From: the human T2T-CHM13v2.0 reference genome, Homo sapiens
Direction: 5' to 3' (one strand)
DNA length: 64,000 nt
Assembly (NCBI RefSeq): GCF_009914755.1
Contig: NC_060926.1
The notes under the pieces were generated by a model. It saw only the letters and a program-made list of their open reading frames with translations, was not told the origin of the DNA and made no database searches. The translations under genes were made by a program, and so were the position numbers. Of this stretch, positions 54,753 to 64,000 are shown one piece after another (within the stretch, counting starts at the first letter, position 1; every line of letters begins with the position of its first letter).

Positions 54753-55054
54753 TTTTTTCTTTTTTTCTTTTGAGATAGAGTCTAAGTCTGTCGCCCAGGC
54801 TAGAGGGCAAAGGTATGAGCTCAGCTCACTGCAATTTCCACCTCCCAGGTTGAAGCGATTCTCTTGCCTCACTCTCCTGAATAGCTGGGATTACAGGTAT
54901 GTGCCACCACGCCCGACTAATTTTTGTATTTTTAGCAGAGACGAGGTTTCACCATGTTGCCCAGGCTGGTCTGGAACTTCTGACCTCAAGTGATCTGCCC
55001 ACCTCGGCCTCCCAAAGTGCTGAAATTACAGGTTTGTGCCACTACGCCTGGCCT
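54753..55054 (-). mobile_element. AluS
   Basis: TSD ctgccctta(c/t)aatg. Confidence 0.94.
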
Positions 55055-55522
55055 GCTGCCCTTATAATGAATACGCAATTTTATTTAAACCATTTCACAC
55101 ATGTGAAACCAACTCTGTAGGACAATTGCTTATAAGCGGAATTTTTGATCAAAAAGTATGTACGTTTCTGCTTTTGAAGGGTATTGCCAAATTATCCTTC
55201 AGGGAAATTGCATCAATGTGCACTCTGTTAGCAATGGAGCACAAAGTTTCTACATAGTCTATGTATACGTAGTAACTATTATAACATAGTTTCAGACTAA
55301 TTAATAATAAATATTCAATAATTAATATCAGGAAATTAGCATTAATGGTTTCTCAATCTTTATTTTCACAACATTAACATTTTTGAAGAGTGTTGGCCAG
55401 TTATGTCAAAGAATAGCCTTCAATTTGGGCCTGTTTTTTCCTGTAAAACAAAGAACCAGAGGGGGCGGGGCAGCATAAAAAAACAAAACAAAGAAACAAA
55501 AAAACAACAAACAGCCAACTGC

Positions 55523-55985
<463 letters not shown>

Positions 55986-56034
55986 TTATATGATTATATG
56001 TATACTATAAAACAAAATGACCCTTCAAACTTTC

Positions 56035-56179
56035 TTATTATTTTATTTATTTATTTATTTATAGAGACAGGGTCTCACTATGTTGCCCAGGTTGGTCTCC
56101 AACTTCTGGGCTCAAGCAAGCCTCCCACCTCAGCCTCCCAAAATGCTAGAATTACACGTGTGAGCCACCACACCTGGCC
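56035..56179 (-). mobile_element. FLAM_C-like Alu monomer
   Basis: Antisense single left monomer. Confidence 0.85.
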
Positions 56180-56298
56180 TTGATGTTTTGATATATGTAT
56201 CAAAACATATTGATACATATATCAATATGTGATTGTAAAATGATCACCACAACAAAATTAATTGACATATCCATCACCTCACATAGTTACCATTTTCA
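56180..56298 (-). mobile_element. L1MA 3' end fragment
   Basis: 'catatccatcacctcacatagttaccatttt'. Confidence 0.7.
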
Positions 56299-56893
<595 letters not shown>

Positions 56894-57009
56894 CTTCTTT
56901 CTTTTCTAACTTCTTGAATTGTATATTAAATGCTTAATTGACTTATCCTTAATATTTCTTTTTGGTGTAAACACATTTTAAGGCTCTATCACTCAAGATG
57001 AAACTTTAG

Positions 57010-57120
57010 CTGAGGGTGGCATAAAAGCAGATTTCCTGGGTCTGGATCCCAGCTCTTCACTTACTAGCTACAAGACCTTGGGCAAGTTATTTCATTGCTC
57101 TGTGCCTTGGTTTTTCCTTC
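57010..57120 (+). mobile_element. MIR
   Basis: 'atcccagctcttcacttactagctacaagaccttgggcaagttattt'. Confidence 0.8.
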
Positions 57121-57285
57121 TTGTTCAAATCACTTATTCTTTGTCCTTATTATGTTTTAAATACTTCATCCATCATTATCTGATGTGCATGTGTCAATTC
57201 TCCCAGTTTGAGAATTAACATATTCCAGGACATTTTTTCTTTTTTTAGTGCATACAAGTACATGATGATTCTATCCTCTTGGTGA

Positions 57286-57609
<324 letters not shown>

Positions 57610-58266
57610 CCTCTTTATTCTTAATAATGCTTTTTTGTCTTAAATTGTATTTTTGCAAATATTAGCATTTTTATACCAGGTTTCTCTTGTTTGGAATAGG
57701 TGTTGACAGGTTTACATTTTTTCATATCTTCATTTTCAAAGACACCCAGCTAGCGTGTGGCAAAGCCAGTTTTATTCCTGCATCCCCTAACCCCCAGTCT
57801 ATTATTCTTTTTTTCGTGTCTCAATGTCTCAGGTCCACCTTCTTTCATGATTCAACATAAGTCACTCTTCACTTTGAGGCTCCCCCAGCAACTCAGTCTA
57901 TCATGATTGCTTCCTCTTCTGAGTGCTCAATGTCCACAGTACCCATTCGGTCCTTAAAATCTTAAAAGTATGCTACCTTGGTTTTGTGTTGATCTCTATC
58001 CTGGAAGTTCCTTGAAAGCTACAATATGAATTATATCTCTTCTGCAGACTGCTCCAAAATTACTTTACTAAGGGGGGCTAGTGGTACAATCTGATTGGGA
58101 AGGGAGTGCCTAGGGGACTTGTCTGGAAGCTGCATTTGCATAGCAGACACTTCATTTTATTTGCAGTGATTGAGGGTGAGTGTTACAGAGTTTAGGAAGA
58201 GGTAAGCTAATGCCCCCGTATACCACTCTTTCAGCTGTCACTGACCTCTACCGGCTTGCCTATGAT

Positions 58267-58440
58267 AGTGGTTTCCAACAAATTTAGCTGCTCTTCAAAA
58301 TCACCAAGGGAGTAAGATTTTTTTAAGTACTTATTTTCAGATCTCCCTCCAAAGCCACTGAGTCAGAATCTCTTGAGTGGAGCTTGGGAACCTAGTGTTT
58401 AAGGAGCTCTGTTGAAATTCAAGACATCTAAGCACCTGGT
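58267..58440. mobile_element. MER5-like (hAT-Charlie)
   Basis: 'agtggtttcc...aaaatcacc...actgagtcagaatctct'. Confidence 0.6.
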
Positions 58441-58634
58441 CCGTAGGCAATAACTGCTTGTAAATACAGGATGGGTACCAAGTCGGGAAGCAGAAAAGCT
58501 TTAATTGACATTCTATAATAATATATAAGAAAGTGATATCTGTTTCCAAACTCCCATTGCTACAAATGGTTTAGTGTAAAATAAGCTCTATTCAATCCCA
58601 TTTAGTAAGCATTTCTATATGAAAGAGGCATATA

Positions 58635-59160
58635 ATAATAACAAAAGTAATATCTGACGTCCGCTGAACACCTAATACACACCAGCACTTTGTCGAATGT
58701 TGTATGTACACTGTCTCATTTATTATTCACCAGGCTTCTCTGTGTGCTCTATAATCAGGGTCAACTTATCCATTAGGCTCACTAGGCACTATGTCAAGGG
58801 TCCATGACACTATTAGGGGCTCATGAAAATGTTTTTGTTTATTTTAGCATCAGAAAGGAAAAAAAAAGAACAGAATCCCTGTTGAATTATATTAGCCTTT
58901 TTACCAACACAGTCACAAAATATAGTTGGTAATCATTTTCATGGAGAAAGGGGCCTATGAAGGCAAAAGTGCCTTGGGCCTCTGAAAGTCATAATGCAAG
59001 CTTCACCATAATCATTCCCATTTAACAGCTGAGGAAGCTGAAGATCAATGAAGATGAAAATTTAAACTTGCCCAAAAGCCACATCTCTAGGAAACGGCAG
59101 AAGTGACCTTTGGACACAGGTCTGTGGGACTCTACTGATGACCCTTTCAACCACCACACT
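58635..59160 (-). mobile_element. MIR split by a hAT element
   Basis: 'tctcatttattattcac' resumes as 'cattcccatttaacagctgaggaagctgaag'. Confidence 0.7.
58756..59003. mobile_element. hAT-Tip100 element (ORSL-like)
   Basis: 'cagggtcaacttatccattaggc' ... 'gtgccttgggcc...gtcataatgc'. Confidence 0.6.
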
Positions 59161-59278
59161 GTATACTGCACAGCATTATTTAGCAAAGAAGCTCATACTA
59201 AGTTGAGAAAACAGGTTTGTTGTACATTAACCAGTTAGAAAATCCTTCAAGAAAAGAATATAAATTAATGTCTAAATT

Positions 59279-59449
59279 CAGGGACAGACCCAGATTGCGT
59301 GGGGCCTGAGGCTTTTACAATTTAAATGATCTTCTTAAGACAATACAAAATTATAAATAAAAATTAGCCACACAGTCTTGGAGGGGACTGTCCAAGTTAA
59401 GGGGCCCTCAAGTGTAAGCCTCCTTAGCAACATGGCCCATCCGCCCTTG
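59279..59449. mobile_element. hAT-Tip100-like MITE (MER115/Zaphod-like)
   Basis: Imperfect TIRs 'cagggacaga' and 'tccgcccttg'; 8-bp flanks tctaaatt/cctaaatg. Confidence 0.55.
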
Positions 59450-59699
59450 CCTAAATGTCTTTGGGTCTAAAGAAAGCCAGGGTAGGAATCAGTGTAAACC
59501 AGGGCATATCAGCAAAGGACTCAAGGAGGAAATGGGACTTTGCAGTATGGCTGTGAGTTGGGCACCCTGAGTGCAAACCCTGGGGGCCAAGTGTGAGCAT
59601 AACATGTTTAGAGGAAAGCAGAGAACTCACCCAACTGAACCTACTGTGTCCGGGGTAGGGAGAGGATCCAGGGTTCCCTGAGGAAAGTGAGGCCTGTTT

Positions 59700-60013
59700 T
59701 GTTTAATTCATTAATTTATTTATTTTTAAGACAGGGTCTCACTCTTTCACCCGGCTGGGTGCAGTGGTGCAATCATGGCTCACTGCAGCCTTGACCTCCC
59801 AGGCTCAAACAATCCTCCCACCTCAGCCTGCTAAGTAGTTGGGAACTACAAATGGCTAGTTTTGTTTTTTGTTTTCAATTTATTTTTTTGTAGAGATGTG
59901 GGGGGAGGAGTTCTCCCTGTGTTGCCCAGGCTGGCCTTGAACTCCTGGACTCAAGCAGTCCCCCAGCCTTGGCCTCCCAAAGTGCTGGAATTACAGGTGT
60001 GAGCACTGTGCCT
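59700..60013 (-). mobile_element. AluJ
   Basis: Diverged antisense dimer. Confidence 0.9.
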
Positions 60014-60555
60014 GTTTTAAATACCAGGATGGAGGCCAGTGGGAATCCTTATACTTATTCCTGGGTCTTATGTCATTACCTAATAGTAGGGCAGGACCCT
60101 TGGGAGGGTCAGGAAGAGGCAAAGAGGTCTAATTGGGGGGATTAATCTGAGTGTGTTTTAATAAGCACCTGAAATTATGGTTGGCTGGGAGGAGGGAAGA
60201 GAAAAAAAATGAGTAAGCGTCAAAAAGGCTCAATCAAGTAGATAATGAGGACACAGGGGAAGAAGAGTCAGCGATCATTTATGCATTTCGAGCATGGATC
60301 ACTGAAGGAACGGTGTGAGATTGCCAGAAATGTAGAGACCGGTTACGTTTGGTTCTAGAGAAGTTAAATCCAACAAAATAATCACAACAGAGAGGCATCC
60401 TGAACTAACTTGACCAGACCCGCTGGCCTTAGCCTTTGCTGTTGTTTTCCAGTTACCAATGCCCCATCTGATTGACACTTGTTTTTCTCAGTTGTGTTAA
60501 CAGCATTAAGACATTACAGTCAAGGTCGGCCTCCTCTTCTTTCTGGCTAGGAAGC

Positions 60556-60568
60556 TGTGGTGTTATTT

Positions 60569-60625
<57 letters not shown>

Positions 60626-61410
60626 TTCCGTCCACAGTTCCTGGACCATATCTCCCAGAGCCCTCGTTACAACCTTTCGCTATAAGGTTGGGTGTGTTAG
60701 GCCTCAGGAGCAGATTCAGAAAACAGAATCTCTCTGACCTTTTCCTGCCCTTCTTTCACCTTCTGGAAGGCAGGACTCTAGTCTTACCCCACCTTTCTGA
60801 CTACGGGTCTTAAGATCCTCTCCAGAGATGCTCCTGCCCTATAAGCCGGGGGAAGAAATGCTGATATCATGAATCTTCCACAAAAACCCAAGAGGACTGG
60901 ATTCAGGCAGCTTCCAGATAGCTGAACACACGGAGGTTCCTGGATGGTGACCGCCAAGGGAGGGGATGGGAGTTCCGCGCCTCTTCCCCCATACCTCACC
61001 CTGTGCATCTCTCCGTCTGTATCCTTTGTAATGCCCTTTATAACAAACCAGTAAACTTTTTTCCTGAGTTCTGTGAGCTGCTCTAGCAAATTAACCGAAC
61101 GCAAAGAGAAGGTGTAGGAACCCCAGCTTGAAGCTGGTTGGTCGGAAGTCCCAGAGGCCCACATCTGCAATGGGTGTCTGTGGAATGGGCAGTTTTGGGG
61201 ACTAAGCCCCAAGCCGATAGAATCTGATGCTATCTCCAGGTAGATAGTGTCGGAACTGAATTGGAGGACATCCAGCTGGTGTCTGCTGCTATGTGAGTCG
61301 GGAAATTCCCCGCATATTTAGGCAAAGAAGTCTTCTTCTTTGTTGTTGATTGCTGCTGAGGTGGTGTGAGGGCCAAGAGAAAACTGGGTTTGAGAGTATT
61401 TTTCGAAACA
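60556..61410 (+). mobile_element. MER21A-like solo LTR with internal (CA)n
   Basis: TG...CA ends; perfect TSD gaagc (60551-60555 and 61411-61415); 'gcttccagatagctgaacac...ggaggttcctgga'. Confidence 0.85.
60572..60623. repeat. (CA)n microsatellite inside the LTR
   Basis: Directly visible. Confidence 0.98.
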
Positions 61411-61595
61411 GAAGCACTTTGCCTTTAACATGGCTTTTGTTAAACACCATCATTAGAAGATTAGTTATAATTCAACTCCCAGAGTTACAACCCTCTCCTC
61501 TGCCTTTCCAGGTGAGCGGCCAGAGGACTAGTCACAACGAAAATAGAAAGAGGAGAAGGGATTCAAGAGGGCATTACAGAGGTATAAAAATCAGA

Positions 61596-61912
<317 letters not shown>

Positions 61913-62357
61913 TCAAGGAATTATACAGAAATGGCGAAAGAAAGGAAAAAAGTTAGATTGGTGAACAAAGTGCAAAGAAGTCAGCAAAATGAGGAGGAGG
62001 CTCAAAACTAGAACTTGCTTTTTGGGATATAAATTTCTCTGTAAGGAATCCTCTCCTCGCGCCCCCCACAGGAAGTGGGGAACATCTTTCCTTTACCCCC
62101 TGTGACTCCCCAGGTTGCAGTCAGTGCTTCCCATTGCAGAGCCTACCAGGTTACCAGAGACCAAGGGAGCTGGGAAATGCTAGTTCCTTTTTATAGAGGA
62201 AGAGTAAAGAAGAGTTAACACACAGAGGGGTTAACTATCCTTTTGCTCCTGATTTGTAACTTTATTATATTGTGATTAGGGAATATGGTCTATATAATAA
62301 TGACTGTGTTGTTTGTTGACTCACTTTGAGACATAAGACATAGTCAATTTTTGTAAA

Positions 62358-62714
<357 letters not shown>

Positions 62715-62841
62715 TAGTGTTCCACATATTTCCGTAAGATTTGGATCATTAATTGTGTTATTTGCACAATAAAAATAAATGTTTTTGAGTCATATGACTA
62801 TTTTGTCTGCATGAAGTCAGTTTTTGAAAGAGGTTTTTACC

Positions 62842-63155
62842 AGCCAGGTACAGTGGCTCATGCCTGTAATCCCAGAACTTTGGGAGGCTGAGGCAGGTGG
62901 ATCACCTGAGGTCAGGAGTTTGAGAACAGCCTGACCAACATGGAGAAACCCCATCTCTACTAAAAATACAAAATTAGCCAGGCATGGTGGCACATGCCTG
63001 TAATCCCAGCTACTCAGGAAGCTGAGGCAGGGAAATCGCTTGAACCTGGGAGGCCGAGGTTGTGGTGAGCCCAGAGAGCGCCATTACACGCCATTACACT
63101 CCAGCCTGGGCGATAAGAGTGAAACTCCGTCTCAAAAAAAAAAAAAAAAAAAAAA
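62842..63155 (+). mobile_element. AluSp-like
   Basis: TSD aaagaggttt; internal 10-bp tandem duplication gccattacac. Confidence 0.95.
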
Positions 63156-63254
63156 GAGGTTTCTAAAAATCTCTCATTATGATTATGGATTTATCAAATT
63201 CATATGTCATTTATATGGAGAATAGTCTATAAAGGAACATTAATGGAAATAGTT

Positions 63255-63680
63255 GGAAGGCTGGTGCAGTGGTCTGGGTGAGACATGGTGGTAGTTTGGC
63301 CTAAGATGGTAAGAATGTGGAGAGAACAGGAGAGAAAGCAATTAATCCTGATTCTTAGGTTTCTGGTGTGGACAAATGATGGTATGGTTGGTGGTACCAA
63401 TTACCAAATGGCATGCCACTGAGCAATGTTTTTCCTTGAGCACATTACATAAACTCTCTGGATTCTATTTTCTTATTTATCAAAATGGATATAACAATAG
63501 ATTGTATTTCATAGTGTTATTGGGATGGTGAGAAGAGTTAATATATGTAAAGTGCTTAGCACAATATCTAAGTCGTTGTTCAATGTGTGCTTTTGTTATT
63601 ACCAATTAGGATATAGTTAAAGGAGGGAAACTTTGGGTTTGAAGTGGGAAATGAAGTTTTTCTGCGGAGGCTCATGACAT
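63255..63680. mobile_element. L2 (minus strand) fragments flanking a MIR (plus strand, ~63420-63600)
   Basis: MIR 'gagttaatatatgtaaagtgcttagcaca'; L2 'ggtgagacatggtggtagtttggcctaag'. Confidence 0.6.
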
Positions 63681-64000
63681 GTGAGTTGTTTTATAAGTTA
63701 TCTTTCAGTAAAGAGGGTCTGAGTCATCTTCGCAAATGCTGGCAGGGCTGAAAGAGAATGGAAGTGAGAGAAGACCACTGGAAGGTCAAAGGCAACTTTC
63801 AAGAAGTAGCAGAATGCAGAAAAGATTTTCTTAAGGTTGGGAAGGTAAATTATGGTTTCAGGCCGAGAATGGGGAGACGTTTCACAAAGAGATGAAATAG
63901 CTGACTCTACTTACTTTCCTTTTTTTTTTTTTTTCAGTGTCCCAGTGTGATTGATTCTGGGTAAGATAGCCAGCCGTCCGCAAAACGCTGCAGGAGAGCA

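Noticed and set aside
60784-61212. 142-aa minus-strand ORF
   Set aside because: It lies wholly within the MER21 LTR and has no gag, pol or env features.

Overview
This is primate (human-like) non-coding genomic DNA, either intronic or intergenic. I found no credible protein-coding gene, RNA gene or CpG island. The ORF-track entries are Alu, L1 or LTR read-throughs, low-complexity translations, or short chance ORFs. The window holds about 60 Alu copies (roughly a quarter of its length), L1, L2 and MIR fragments, about 15 LTRs (THE1, MST, MLT1, LTR8, LTR16, LTR47, MER21, MER39), several DNA-transposon relics and microsatellites. Repeat subfamily names come from recalled consensus sequences and need RepeatMasker or Dfam confirmation. 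Boundaries are approximate unless a target-site duplication (TSD) is cited. I see no evidence for a new gene system. Three things stand out: (1) unusually clean nested insertions, up to five levels deep; (2) repeated scars of locally templated copying, including a 36-bp segment shared between an LTR and a DNA transposon 2.3 kb apart; (3) a possible MER21A-LTR-driven spliced transcript near the right end.
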